From: a phage
DNA: 64,000 nucleotides
Strand: one strand, 5' to 3'
Assembly: GCA_024682255.1 (NCBI GenBank)
Contig: GCA_024682255.1_4716.1
The position numbers were made by a program, and so were the translations under genes. Position 1 is the first letter of the stretch; each line of letters opens with the position of its first letter. Below the pieces are notes generated by a model that made no database searches, had not been told where the DNA came from, and saw only the letters and a list, made by a program, of their open reading frames with translations. This document shows, one piece after another, positions 50,620 to 60,618 of the stretch.

Positions 50620-52692
50620 ATGAGGCTTAAGAATAGCACGCCTCGCGCGATTTTTACGGGCTTTAAAGAGGGTCTTACCACGGATCCGGTTACAGCCCCA
50701 GAGATCACGCCCATTCACCTCCCGTATGTTTTCATTCAGGGTGGTCGTGGTAAAGAGGACACCTTGCTGTTAACAGGGGACGCCCTGTCTACAGTCTACG
50801 GTGAAGATATGCTGAACTACCGCAGTAAGTACGCTTCTCCAGCAACACTGATTGCTCGCCAGGCTGCTTCTACAGGTAGCGCGATCTTCACAAAACGTTT
50901 GGTTGCACCGGATGCAACGGCAGCACGCATCCGTATCGGTGTTGAAGTGGTCGCCGATAAACTGGTCGTTTACCAGCGTAACGCTGACGGGTCTTTCAAA
51001 AAGGACACCGGCGGCAACAAAATCCCTGACGGCGATAAAACCGTTGACGGGTTGAAAATGCGTTGGGTTGTTAACCACGACAAAGATGCCGAAACACCGA
51101 ATGCTTTCGGTAAAGATGAAGTGGTTCTCGGACAACTGACTGCAACAGGTGGTGCCCAGAGCAACTACTATCCTATTCTGGATGGATTGGTGAGCTGGCG
51201 TGGTGCTGACGGGGACAACATCGGCTTACGTCTGGAAGCACCGACCGCGCTGAGCAGTAACCCTACCCGTACCGATATTATCGAACGCATCGGTGCTTTC
51301 CTGTACCGCATTCAGTTCGTGGAACGCAAGTCTTCACGAACTGCGCCGACGGTCATTCGTACGATCGGCGGTATGGAACAAGAAACCTTCGCGTTGCAGG
51401 AAGGTGTTATCCAGCCTGATGACGAAACCGATCTGTCCTTCGGTAAAGTGGTCGTTGATGCCTACGAGTATAATGAAACGGGTAACACCCCAATCTTTGC
51501 TCCAATGGATCAGATGCATCTTTATCAGAAGAACATCGATGACGTCGTCAAGATGCTGTACGAATCTGAAAGCAAAGTTAACAACGATCTGTTAACCGAC
51601 GTCGAATTCGTCGAAGGTCAGATGAACATCTTCACCGGTGTCGATTACAACGGCATTCCGTATCAAACCATCGAAGTTCTCGATGCGGATCAGGGCGGTG
51701 CTATCTTCGACGGTACCAGCACCTTCTACGCGATCGATGGTAGCGACGGCGACGTCAGCTGGGATACCTTCGATGCGTTAGCGAAGCAGCAGTTCGAATC
51801 GTTCGGCAACATGGGCGAAGATCTGGAAGACATGGCTTTCTATCCGTTCTCTATCGTGTATGACATTGGTTACAAAGTCGACACGAAGAAAGCGATGGCA
51901 AACGTCTTGTCTCTGCGTCCGGATGTCATGATCATTGCGTCAACCCATACCTGGAAGGGTGTGGAACTGAATGTCGATGAAGAAAGCTCCATGGGCGCGA
52001 TGCTGCGTAACTACTATCGTCTGCATCCAGAAAGCGTGCTTTACAATACCCCAGCCTGTCGTGCTGCCGTATTCATGCAATACGGGGAGAGCATCGAAGC
52101 GCCAAGCCTGGGTAAAGTTCCGTTGACGCTGGAAGTTGCTAATAAACTCGCAACTTACATGGGTGCTTCGGATGGTGTTATCCGTGGTACTCGCATCGAT
52201 AACAACCCTGGTAACGTTGTCACAACGATGCGTAAAATCAACAAGACGTATCGTAACGCAACGGTCCGTGATCGTGATTGGGAAAACGGCTTGAACTATG
52301 TTCAGACCTACAACCGTAATTCCAACTTCTTCCCGGCTTGGGGCACGATCTACAATAACGACCGTTCGGTATGGCGTTCGTTGATCAACGTGATCATCGG
52401 TTGCGATCTGACTCGTGTCTGCTATCGTCTCTGGGCAGAAACCACCGGTACCACAGGAATGGATGAAGCGCTGTTCCTGAAACTGATGGGCGAACGCTTC
52501 CTGGAATACACCACGGGCCGTTACAACGACCATGTGACTGTTAAGGGGCGTTTCTACCTGGATAAAGAAGACGGCTATAACGGCTTCAGCTATCACGGCG
52601 ATATCAGCCTGATCGGCGATCCAGGCATGACCGTGGGTACGTTTACCATCACCGGGCTGCGTCGTAACACCGAAGCAGCAGAAGCGGCGTAA
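50620..52692 (+). CDS. putative tail sheath protein
   Basis: 690 aa; AAGGAGAG RBS; strong highly-expressed codon bias; immediately followed by a roughly 300-aa gene (sheath/tube arrangement) and a strong terminator. Assignment rests on size and context only. Confidence 0.5.
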   Translation: MRLKNSTPRAIFTGFKEGLTTDPVTAPEITPIHLPYVFIQGGRGKEDTLLLTGDALSTVYGEDMLNYRSKYASPATLIARQAASTGSAIFTKRLVAPDATAARIRIGVEVVADKLVVYQRNADGSFKKDTGGNKIPDGDKTVDGLKMRWVVNHDKDAETPNAFGKDEVVLGQLTATGGAQSNYYPILDGLVSWRGADGDNIGLRLEAPTALSSNPTRTDIIERIGAFLYRIQFVERKSSRTAPTVIRTIGGMEQETFALQEGVIQPDDETDLSFGKVVVDAYEYNETGNTPIFAPMDQMHLYQKNIDDVVKMLYESESKVNNDLLTDVEFVEGQMNIFTGVDYNGIPYQTIEVLDADQGGAIFDGTSTFYAIDGSDGDVSWDTFDALAKQQFESFGNMGEDLEDMAFYPFSIVYDIGYKVDTKKAMANVLSLRPDVMIIASTHTWKGVELNVDEESSMGAMLRNYYRLHPESVLYNTPACRAAVFMQYGESIEAPSLGKVPLTLEVANKLATYMGASDGVIRGTRIDNNPGNVVTTMRKINKTYRNATVRDRDWENGLNYVQTYNRNSNFFPAWGTIYNNDRSVWRSLINVIIGCDLTRVCYRLWAETTGTTGMDEALFLKLMGERFLEYTTGRYNDHVTVKGRFYLDKEDGYNGFSYHGDISLIGDPGMTVGTFTITGLRRNTEAAEAA

Positions 52693-52707
52693 TGAGAGGA
52701 GTCCATA

Positions 52708-53598
52708 ATGCGTCCTGATAATACCCTACTCGGTGAACAGGGTGTTGGTGCTCTTAGCAACGCGGCTATGGTCGATATTCGTGCGGGTGCCCAAAACGGG
52801 TACATCAGCAATATCGGTACGTACGTTGCTAACGCCAACTACATTCCGAACCAAATGTTCTGTCTCCTGCTGGAGGCACCACGTGGTTTCAACTATCTGC
52901 CTAACCCGGATGTACAGATTGGTTATCTGAAGGCGCTGGTAGAAGAGGTTGCGCATTCGATTACCGGTCTGCAACGCGGATTGGAAGTTGAATTCGTTAG
53001 CGTCCCGGTTTCTGGTTCCGGTGAAATCCAGGAAGAAGTCTCTGACGTTAAACGTCCTCGCTCTAACCCGACTTTCGGGATCTATGAGAAAGAAGGTCGT
53101 TCCGTTAGTTACTTCCTGGAACAATGGATCACGTATCTGTTGATGGATCCGGATGCCAAATATCCGATGTTGTCGTCTATCGTATCCACCGGTGGTCCAA
53201 CCGACCTGCTGGCGGATTATCGTAGCGCAACAATGCTGTTCGTTGAGCCAGACCGTCAACACAAGAAAGTGGTTAACGCCTGGCTGTGCACGAACATGAT
53301 GCCTCACGGTACCGGTGACTGGACATCACGTCGTAACAAGAACGATGCGCCAAACGTGGTAGAATTGAGCATTCAGTTCACCGCGTTAACACAGACCAAC
53401 TACGGCGTGCGTGCTTTTGCACAACGTCTGCTGGATAAGATGAACCTACTCAAAGTTAACCCGGATTTCCGTCCGGCTTATCTGAGCGACATCGATCCGG
53501 CTGTGGCGGCGCAGAAGGTTGGCTATACCTTCGACTTTGATAACAACGATACCTTTGAGGTACCGAATACTTATCAAAACGTAACACCTCGCGTGTAA
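52708..53598 (+). CDS. putative tail tube protein
   Basis: 296 aa; GAGAGGAG RBS 15 nt after sheath stop; same codon bias; followed by hairpin plus T-tract. Confidence 0.45.
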   Translation: MRPDNTLLGEQGVGALSNAAMVDIRAGAQNGYISNIGTYVANANYIPNQMFCLLLEAPRGFNYLPNPDVQIGYLKALVEEVAHSITGLQRGLEVEFVSVPVSGSGEIQEEVSDVKRPRSNPTFGIYEKEGRSVSYFLEQWITYLLMDPDAKYPMLSSIVSTGGPTDLLADYRSATMLFVEPDRQHKKVVNAWLCTNMMPHGTGDWTSRRNKNDAPNVVELSIQFTALTQTNYGVRAFAQRLLDKMNLLKVNPDFRPAYLSDIDPAVAAQKVGYTFDFDNNDTFEVPNTYQNVTPRV

Positions 53599-53624
53599 CG
53601 TAAAAAAAAAAGCATATTAACCTC

Positions 53625-53661
53625 CCTTCCTTCCCTAGCCGTCAAGGCCGGGGAAGGAAGG
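53625..53661. terminator. bidirectional rho-independent terminator after sheath/tube operon
   Basis: CCTTCCTTCCC ... GGGAAGGAAGG stem; TTTATGGTTTATTTA downstream on plus strand, T10 on minus strand. Confidence 0.6.
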
Positions 53662-53673
53662 TTTATGGTTTAT

Positions 53674-54213
53674 TTACTGTGTGTTCTTAGCTTCACGAAT
53701 GAAAATAACATCAGGATATTCTTGAGATTCAATGAATTCAGGATTACGATAACGACGAATATGACGCATCGTTGTACAAGCAAGTTTGTAAAGATGTTCC
53801 TCCTCACGTTGTGTTAATAACATCAGTTGCGCGTCTGGGATCACGAATGGGAGTCTTTCATTCACATATTCCCGAAGGTCATCGAGATCATCGTGATGAA
53901 TGCCCTCTGAGAGCTTATATAACGCTTCCAGCAATTCTAATCCACCGAACTGGTAACTTCCTATTGTCGTCTTAAACAATGCGCCAGAACGCGTGGTGGA
54001 TGCTCTATCGGCGACATCGTATTGTTCTAACATATATCCGTAGACCATGCTACGTCGATCCAGGGTATCCGTAACGAGATTACGCCACCGTTCCAATCTT
54101 TCGAGCGCTTTGTCGATAGAGTAAACGATCATGCCATGTTCATCCAACTCTTCCGCAATACCCAATAGTTCATTGTTGTTAGGTTTTGCTGCACCGATAA
54201 GAAAAACACTCAT
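53674..54213 (-). CDS. hypothetical protein (179 aa)
   Basis: ORF in minus-strand array. Confidence 0.45.
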   Translation of the reverse strand: MSVFLIGAAKPNNNELLGIAEELDEHGMIVYSIDKALERLERWRNLVTDTLDRRSMVYGYMLEQYDVADRASTTRSGALFKTTIGSYQFGGLELLEALYKLSEGIHHDDLDDLREYVNERLPFVIPDAQLMLLTQREEEHLYKLACTTMRHIRRYRNPEFIESQEYPDVIFIREAKNTQ

Positions 54214-54626
54214 TACTCAAACTCCTTATTCCAAAACTCGATTAATGAATCGAGCTGTTCCTTACTGGTTATCTCACCTCCCCTAACAAAATGAAATCGT
54301 TCTTGAATGGCGATCTTTTCCAGGATATCGGTAAGCAAATGACGGTGACAGAAATTTCCTGCAGGACAATAACACCCTAACACCACAACCGGATGGGAGA
54401 ATAAAGCCAACCATTCCGGTGTATGATCAACAAAGCTTTTGCGCATAAGCGTGTAGTAGCCTGCGGTATATTCATCCTCGGTTAACGTTTTTGATTTGAT
54501 TCCTGTAACAAGTTCCCATGAAGGTGCGAAGAGCGGGTTACCTGTTTTCACCGTCGTGTCCAGTAGGAACGCTCGTGTGTCTGAAAGCCAACGATACTTG
54601 GCTAATTGAAGGGTGTATAAAAACAC
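54213..54626 (-). CDS. hypothetical protein (137 aa)
   Basis: ORF in minus-strand array. Confidence 0.45.
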   Translation of the reverse strand: MFLYTLQLAKYRWLSDTRAFLLDTTVKTGNPLFAPSWELVTGIKSKTLTEDEYTAGYYTLMRKSFVDHTPEWLALFSHPVVVLGCYCPAGNFCHRHLLTDILEKIAIQERFHFVRGGEITSKEQLDSLIEFWNKEFE

Positions 54627-54729
54627 AGCGCTAACCCCAAAGGATAAAAATAAAACCTTGACATAACCACCACCGCAACCCCATACAGGGCTACGGTGGG
54701 GTCATACAGAGAGACGTGTTAAGTTACAA

Positions 54730-55209
54730 TCAGTCTTTCAGCAGCTCAGCTGCATACGCACTGATGTTGTCGCGAATATGCTTAACCTGAGTTGTTGGGA
54801 AAGATTTCTTATACGCGGTGGTCAGGCGTCCGTAAACCTGTTTCTTCTCGTTAGAGCCGAAACCAACTTCAGCGCTACGTTGAACCGTTGCAGACACAAC
54901 GTCTTTGCCCAGCGGCAGGGTTACAGAAACAACGTCAACCTGTTTGTTATCCGCCATGAACTGCGCGCCAACGCGGCCAACCGCCAGACCGTGAGCCAGA
55001 CCGATATCGGTGGTCAGTTTCTGTGCTTTTTCCAGGATTTCTTTTTCTTCCGGTGTTACCAGAGTACCCAGGAAATCACTGCCCAGCTTCTGGCTACCAG
55101 ATTCGTCCAGTTTAATACCAGCGGCGATTTTATCAGAAAGAGCCTGAACTTCCGGACGTACGTTAGAAGTGGTTTCAGTCGCTACGGTGGTTTCTACAGC
55201 TTCAGACAT
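54730..55209 (-). CDS. abundant small protein (159 aa), function unknown
   Basis: Strong highly-expressed codon bias; TATATTAC motif about 124 nt upstream. Confidence 0.5.
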   Translation of the reverse strand: MSEAVETTVATETTSNVRPEVQALSDKIAAGIKLDESGSQKLGSDFLGTLVTPEEKEILEKAQKLTTDIGLAHGLAVGRVGAQFMADNKQVDVVSVTLPLGKDVVSATVQRSAEVGFGSNEKKQVYGRLTTAYKKSFPTTQVKHIRDNISAYAAELLKD

Positions 55210-55325
55210 GTTAATACTCCAATTAGTTTTTTCGATCGATCAAAAGGATAAAATCAGAAGATTGTTTCTTCATAGGGAAAACACAAGTCGGTTAAGGTTT
55301 ACTTCTTAAACTCCTTGCGTTCTAT

Positions 55326-55344
55326 CAGTTAGGTAATATAGACC
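55326..55344 (-). promoter_or_regulatory. putative phage early promoter (TATATTAC core)
   Basis: Minus-strand GGTCTATATTACCTAACTG about 124 nt upstream of ATG 55209. Confidence 0.4.
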
Positions 55345-56145
55345 TCAACTTTTTTCCAATAATGCCGCAACGTTCCGCGCGAAACGAATCACCTTGTAAT
55401 TGCGGGTCTGTTTGATATCTTCTTCCCCATCATTGTCACCTTCGGACGGATCTTCCCACATGAAGTCTTGTTCATCTGCTTTCTGTAAGTAGCGGTATAA
55501 CTGCACCATACTGCGTGCGGTCGGAGAGATAGCGCGAAGCTCATCCAATTCTTCATCCGTCAACAGAACGTGCGGTGAACGCAGTGGTTCCATTGTCGTA
55601 TTACACAACAGACGAATCAGCAGATCGACACACGGAATAACAGAACCTGGCGATGCGATTTCTGGATGTAACGTATAACCCCAATATACGGTGTTAAAAT
55701 ACGTCAAAACAGCAGGTAGTGACGGATGTTCCATCGCACGACCAATTTGTTGTCTTACGATAGATGCACGATCGTTCAACACATCGAAAGTAATCTGCTG
55801 CGGTTCCATAACCGCAAGTGAAATACCGTACGCGTCAGCCACGCCCAGGATTTCATGAAGGGTCGAACGTTCTTCTTCGGCGGATATTGTCCCGATTGCC
55901 TTACGTCCTGCAAGGTCAATCAGCATCGGTGAAACAGCTTCTTTAACCGCATTAAAAGAAGCCTGGTAAGCGTGTTTATGAATATACAGTGTCCACGCTA
56001 ATGCGCGCTCAGCCGCATGAAGCAGATCGACATAAGACAGTTCTTGATGGCATGGGCCATACACACTCACAGCAAGCTTGGTGGCTTTCTCAGAGGCTTG
56101 CATAATAACATCTGGTGATTTAGGCATATCGCGTTCTTCTTGCAT
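55345..56145 (-). CDS. hypothetical protein (266 aa)
   Basis: ORF in minus-strand array. Confidence 0.5.
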   Translation of the reverse strand: MQEERDMPKSPDVIMQASEKATKLAVSVYGPCHQELSYVDLLHAAERALAWTLYIHKHAYQASFNAVKEAVSPMLIDLAGRKAIGTISAEEERSTLHEILGVADAYGISLAVMEPQQITFDVLNDRASIVRQQIGRAMEHPSLPAVLTYFNTVYWGYTLHPEIASPGSVIPCVDLLIRLLCNTTMEPLRSPHVLLTDEELDELRAISPTARSMVQLYRYLQKADEQDFMWEDPSEGDNDGEEDIKQTRNYKVIRFARNVAALLEKS

Positions 56146-56427
56146 CTTTTTAAATTCCTACTTAACAATAAAGTTCATATACGGCGTATGTATCCGTAGA
56201 ATAATGGGTTCTGGTAAGATCTTACATCAAAATGACGGCATAAAAAGTACCTCCTTACCCATGTGGGTAAGGAGGTTCGTCCATCACGACGAAAGGACGT
56301 TATGTGACGCGGTGTCCATAACGGCCCTGGTAGCAGGCATTAAAGATAACAAAAAGGATGTAAGTTGAGCTAAACCACCTAAATACGGTAACGATTACTT
56401 CCGTACACAATATAACGCAACATCTTT

Positions 56428-57237
56428 TTACCAATGATTAAAGCTGCCCGCTTTAACGACGTCGCAACGCAGATGGTTACGTAACTGATCCAGGAAGACA
56501 ACCGGACTGTCGCCAGACAACATGGCCAGCGCGTGTTGACCACCGGAACGAACAACAAGCTCATCAACCATTGGTGCTGTGATCGGGAGATCGTACGCAT
56601 CCATGATTGCTTTGGCTTCCTGTTCTACGTCTTTCTGGAACCCTTCCATCGTCGGAGAGTCATATTTGGTTGCAAACTCGATCCCAGGTAAGTTAACGTA
56701 ATCGTAAGTCATGACACGGGTCATAACACGACGGCGTTCACGCTGCCAGATCTGAGGATCGGTTAACGCGCGAACAGAAAAACACACGTTCACCAGCGGC
56801 GTTTCAAAATCTTTACGTAATGGATCACCGTACGGTCCGCAAGGAATAACATCCCCCATCACCATCACGACAGGACGCCCACGACGATCACGTCCAGCTT
56901 CTTCTAACCAAATCTTAGAAAAACAATGGCTTACCTTCGTTTCTTCGATTCGTAATGCTCGCTGCAAAAAGCTGGTTGCATCCTGACCGATCTCTGGTTT
57001 AGGGTGACCGTATTCACCTTTCAACGAACGATTGCGTGCGTTTGTTTGCAGTAAGCTGTTTTCCAGGAACAGCGGTTTCGAACGCTCAAGTTCGTAATAC
57101 TCTTCGGTATTGTTAAAACAGTTAAATCCGCCTATAACACAGGTGTAGGCACCGTCAGCATTAGGACGGATAATACCTTTCTTATTCACACCAAGATAAC
57201 TGGTGCAAACAAGATTACTAATTGGTGGTTGCATCAT
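56428..57237 (-). CDS. hypothetical protein (269 aa)
   Basis: ORF in minus-strand array. Confidence 0.5.
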   Translation of the reverse strand: MMQPPISNLVCTSYLGVNKKGIIRPNADGAYTCVIGGFNCFNNTEEYYELERSKPLFLENSLLQTNARNRSLKGEYGHPKPEIGQDATSFLQRALRIEETKVSHCFSKIWLEEAGRDRRGRPVVMVMGDVIPCGPYGDPLRKDFETPLVNVCFSVRALTDPQIWQRERRRVMTRVMTYDYVNLPGIEFATKYDSPTMEGFQKDVEQEAKAIMDAYDLPITAPMVDELVVRSGGQHALAMLSGDSPVVFLDQLRNHLRCDVVKAGSFNHW

Positions 57238-57316
57238 AACCCCTTTATAAGCAACTGAATGAAAAAAGCGTTACATTCCCGCTTTTACGTCAAGAAGGTG
57301 ACGCGTAAGCGTTATA

Positions 57317-58048
57317 TCACCATTCATACGATCCGGCGCACTGATGCCCCAATAGTACCAACGCGTCGTCTTTGGCAGCTAGGTATTTTTCTAACGTTAT
57401 CCGTGAAACAGACACATTAGAGAAATCCATCACGCCTAAGCGATGATCGTAATGGTTAATTTGCATCCGGTAATAACCTTTCTTTACCACCAGAAACTCG
57501 CCTTGACGCAACCATAGCGGAACGTTGTCAACCTCCGCATGGATATAAAACACCGGACATTCTGTCGTAACAGAGTTTTCCTTTCCATCGCTATCTGTAA
57601 TTTTCCCTTTGGGAACAGCCGCGATAAAACATTCTCCGATACGCTCGGTTTGATACCTGTTTGGATAACGCGGATCGTGAAATAACCAGTGCTCATCGCT
57701 AATATCAACATCGGATAATAACGTACGATGCGGACGTAGGGCGATATCAAACGGAACACGATAAATAACGTACCCGCCTAACCAACGGGCTAAGTGACCA
57801 CCGGAATAGTACTGCTTGATTGCGGTACTGTAACCGTATATACAACCCATCAAACTGCTGGATACACAGATCCTTGGAAACGACCCGTCTTCCATACGCA
57901 AGGTACGTTGAGGGATACGCGGCATCATCGTTTTCAGTTCGGTGTCGGTGCTGATATGCAATAAACCGAAAGGAAGCGTTTTACTCGGTACCCACGCGCA
58001 ACGTTCCATGATCGCTCTTGGGACAATAGTCTCGATAGACGATAACAT
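57317..58048 (-). CDS. hypothetical protein (243 aa)
   Basis: ORF in minus-strand array. Confidence 0.5.
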   Translation of the reverse strand: MLSSIETIVPRAIMERCAWVPSKTLPFGLLHISTDTELKTMMPRIPQRTLRMEDGSFPRICVSSSLMGCIYGYSTAIKQYYSGGHLARWLGGYVIYRVPFDIALRPHRTLLSDVDISDEHWLFHDPRYPNRYQTERIGECFIAAVPKGKITDSDGKENSVTTECPVFYIHAEVDNVPLWLRQGEFLVVKKGYYRMQINHYDHRLGVMDFSNVSVSRITLEKYLAAKDDALVLLGHQCAGSYEW

Positions 58049-58049
58049 A

Positions 58050-58760
58050 TCACCCCCTCAGAATCGCTTCTGTTTCGCTGATCGTATCCGCAGGATAAAC
58101 CAAACTACTATCGATTGCGTTATTCACGTAACCACCCATTAAGTTGGTGATGGTGTTTGTACCGCTATCGATAATGTTTCGTAATCCGATGTCGATGGCT
58201 TTTAACGTACTGCGTTCTTCATCCGAAAGCAAACGCCACGCTCGACGACGATCGTTGGGGTCACGTGTGGTGATAGACGCCAGAACAGAATAGATGCTGC
58301 TGTCTGCGTTCAATTTAACGCCAGCCAATTTCGCTGACGTATAGAGCAGCTGATATTTTTCTTTCTCAGTGTACCACCATGGCACCTTACCGAGCGTATA
58401 GATCTCGTTATACATCAGCCATGGGAAAGAGTTTCGCATCACGACATCGGTCGACACCAACACCGTGTCGCCGGGAAGAAACACAAATTCATAAAACGGC
58501 TGACCATCCATGGTAATTTCACGGATGTCAGACGGGTCGATATGGAGCTGGGTCAATGCGTGGCTGACACCATACTGTCCATCAGGAAGAATAATCGGGC
58601 AGCACGCACAAACCCGGTTCTCACTCCCGATGATAGATAAACCCAATCCCTCGTAACGGACGGGTGTCAGAATCGAACACCCGCCACGAGTAACAACAGA
58701 TTTATCTTCTTGTATGTCCCAGTCCGCAAGCACCGCAGCACCGTTGCGGACAAGCGCCAT
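58050..58760 (-). CDS. hypothetical protein (236 aa)
   Basis: ORF in minus-strand array. Confidence 0.5.
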   Translation of the reverse strand: MALVRNGAAVLADWDIQEDKSVVTRGGCSILTPVRYEGLGLSIIGSENRVCACCPIILPDGQYGVSHALTQLHIDPSDIREITMDGQPFYEFVFLPGDTVLVSTDVVMRNSFPWLMYNEIYTLGKVPWWYTEKEKYQLLYTSAKLAGVKLNADSSIYSVLASITTRDPNDRRRAWRLLSDEERSTLKAIDIGLRNIIDSGTNTITNLMGGYVNNAIDSSLVYPADTISETEAILRG

Positions 58761-60284
58761 TTACACCTCGCTAATCTGGATAACGTAAAGCTGCTGGGCC
58801 ACGTAATCGGTGGTCAGATGCATCGTTGCGATGGTCGCTGCTTCGAACACCGTGAGTTCAGGACGTTCACGCATAATCAAATCGATCTCGTCGATGAGAC
58901 GGTTAACGCCTTGAGCGTCTTCGTGATGCATCGTTTTCACGTAGAGCGTACGGAAATACTGCTGGAAATTAGCTACGTCGGTATCGGTAAGGTTAGCAAC
59001 TTCACCACGCACAATTTCCATGACCTTCTTACGGGTATCTTCATCGAGGTCTACCGTAATCAGGTCAGCAAATACACCCTGCAATGCCAACGCATATGCA
59101 CGTAAGCGGTTTGCGGCTTGCTGGCTGGCTTTCATGTTGATGTAGTTACGGTAATGCTGCATGAAGCCCGCACCGTTAGCCAGCAGTTCATCTTTACTGA
59201 TGAGTTCACGTTCTAACAGCACAGCTGCGGTCAGTGCTTCCGGCGAACCACCTTCTTGCAGATAACCCATGTAGACGTCTGCGTTAACGAAAATCGTCAT
59301 CGTTGACGCGTCTTCAGCACGTTGAATCTGAGAAGCTGACGGTGCAGAAAGAATCAGTTCACCACGCTCCATACGCAGGATACGATCGCGACCGACGCGG
59401 GCCATCCCGTTGATCGCCGCAGCGCGAGCTTGTTGCATTTTAGCACGGTAGTTTTCAAGCATCATGTCGTTGCCGTCCTGGATATCTTCCAGCAGGTTAA
59501 CGGCCCACATATAGCAGAGGAATGCAGGAGTTGCCGCAGCGCGGGAACCGTGGAATGCAACGTTATCGCTATCCGGATATGTAATCAGATAAGCGGTGTT
59601 GTTCGAAGAAGGAGCAGAACCACGGAAGAAATAGTTGTAGATGTCTTCCAATGCCTGATCGCTCATCCCTTCCGTTGCTTGCTGTACAAAACGATCCAGG
59701 TTTTCATTACCGGTATACAGCAACGTACGCAGCTTATCACCGGTGATAAACGCAAGCTTTCCGGTTGGGGTGAAATCGTTATTAATCGAAATCAAGCCGT
59801 TGAGATCGTAATCGCTAACTAATGCCTGGTACTCTTCGGAGTTATAAAACTCAGGATAGTAACTCAGACTTACTGTCGGGATCAGTTTCGGTGCCAGGAT
59901 GATCGAATCAATGCGTTTTTCCAGTTCCGGGTACAGCGCACGGCATTTCGGCAGGATGGTATTACGCGCCAACTCTTTGGCATACACCACTTTTTCCACC
60001 ACGTCTTGAACTGCGGTCTGTAAAACTTCATCGTGGATATAAACCTCGCGTTCGCTGGCAGGTGCTACAACGCCATCTTCGGTTTCATCAAGTGTTTCAG
60101 CAACAACCATACGTTCAGCACTAAGCTGCACCAACGCATCCGCATCTTCCGGCGGCTGGTTCCAATGCATGGTTTCACAAACCGCGGCTAACGGCGTGCC
60201 CGGAATGGCTGCGACGATTTGGTTACGTTTGATAAACCCTTCGACAATGGGCTCAACGGCATAAACGGTTTTATTGGTGATCAT
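58761..60284 (-). CDS. hypothetical protein (507 aa)
   Basis: Long ORF in minus-strand array. Confidence 0.5.
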   Translation of the reverse strand: MITNKTVYAVEPIVEGFIKRNQIVAAIPGTPLAAVCETMHWNQPPEDADALVQLSAERMVVAETLDETEDGVVAPASEREVYIHDEVLQTAVQDVVEKVVYAKELARNTILPKCRALYPELEKRIDSIILAPKLIPTVSLSYYPEFYNSEEYQALVSDYDLNGLISINNDFTPTGKLAFITGDKLRTLLYTGNENLDRFVQQATEGMSDQALEDIYNYFFRGSAPSSNNTAYLITYPDSDNVAFHGSRAAATPAFLCYMWAVNLLEDIQDGNDMMLENYRAKMQQARAAAINGMARVGRDRILRMERGELILSAPSASQIQRAEDASTMTIFVNADVYMGYLQEGGSPEALTAAVLLERELISKDELLANGAGFMQHYRNYINMKASQQAANRLRAYALALQGVFADLITVDLDEDTRKKVMEIVRGEVANLTDTDVANFQQYFRTLYVKTMHHEDAQGVNRLIDEIDLIMRERPELTVFEAATIATMHLTTDYVAQQLYVIQISEV

Positions 60285-60517
60285 TACTGCGCTCCCTCCA
60301 ACGCATTACTACCTACGGGTTCTTTGGTTTCCAGACGGCTGTTTAAGCGCGCAGCAACCGCATCTTCCAATCCCAACGGCATAACCTTTTTGTTCACGTC
60401 AGGATCGGCGGCATCATTACCAACGGTTTGACGTACGACCTCAGCAACCAACGTTACCGCGTTCGTCAGCGCAACAAAGCTCGCTGCCCGAGCCGTGTTA
60501 AGTTGTTCTTGGTTCAT
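60284..60517 (-). CDS. hypothetical protein (77 aa)
   Basis: Short ORF. Confidence 0.4.
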   Translation of the reverse strand: MNQEQLNTARAASFVALTNAVTLVAEVVRQTVGNDAADPDVNKKVMPLGLEDAVAARLNSRLETKEPVGSNALEGAQ

Positions 60518-60592
60518 TCACTTTTCCTTTTAATGTCAGAGCATCGCATTCTTGACGTACGTCAAGAAGGTACTGCGTTCAGCGAAATAAAC

Positions 60593-60618
60593 GAGCAGGG
60601 GCATGACGCCCCCTGCTC
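60593..60618 (-). terminator. terminator hairpin after beta gene exon 2
   Basis: GAGCAGGGGC-ATGAC-GCCCCCTGCTC immediately after stop, T-rich flank. Confidence 0.5.

Noticed and set aside
754-52596. Numerous 60-220-aa ORFs on the strand opposite long genes (for example 754-1173, 11547-12188, 24643-25218, 25348-25797, 50770-51135, 51940-52596)
   Set aside because: Entirely embedded antisense to long, motif-supported or codon-biased genes; typical shadow ORFs
57276-57289. Host sigma70 promoter at the TTGACG motifs
   Set aside because: No TATAAT-like -10 hexamer at 16-18 nt spacing; phiKZ-like phages are thought not to rely on host RNAP
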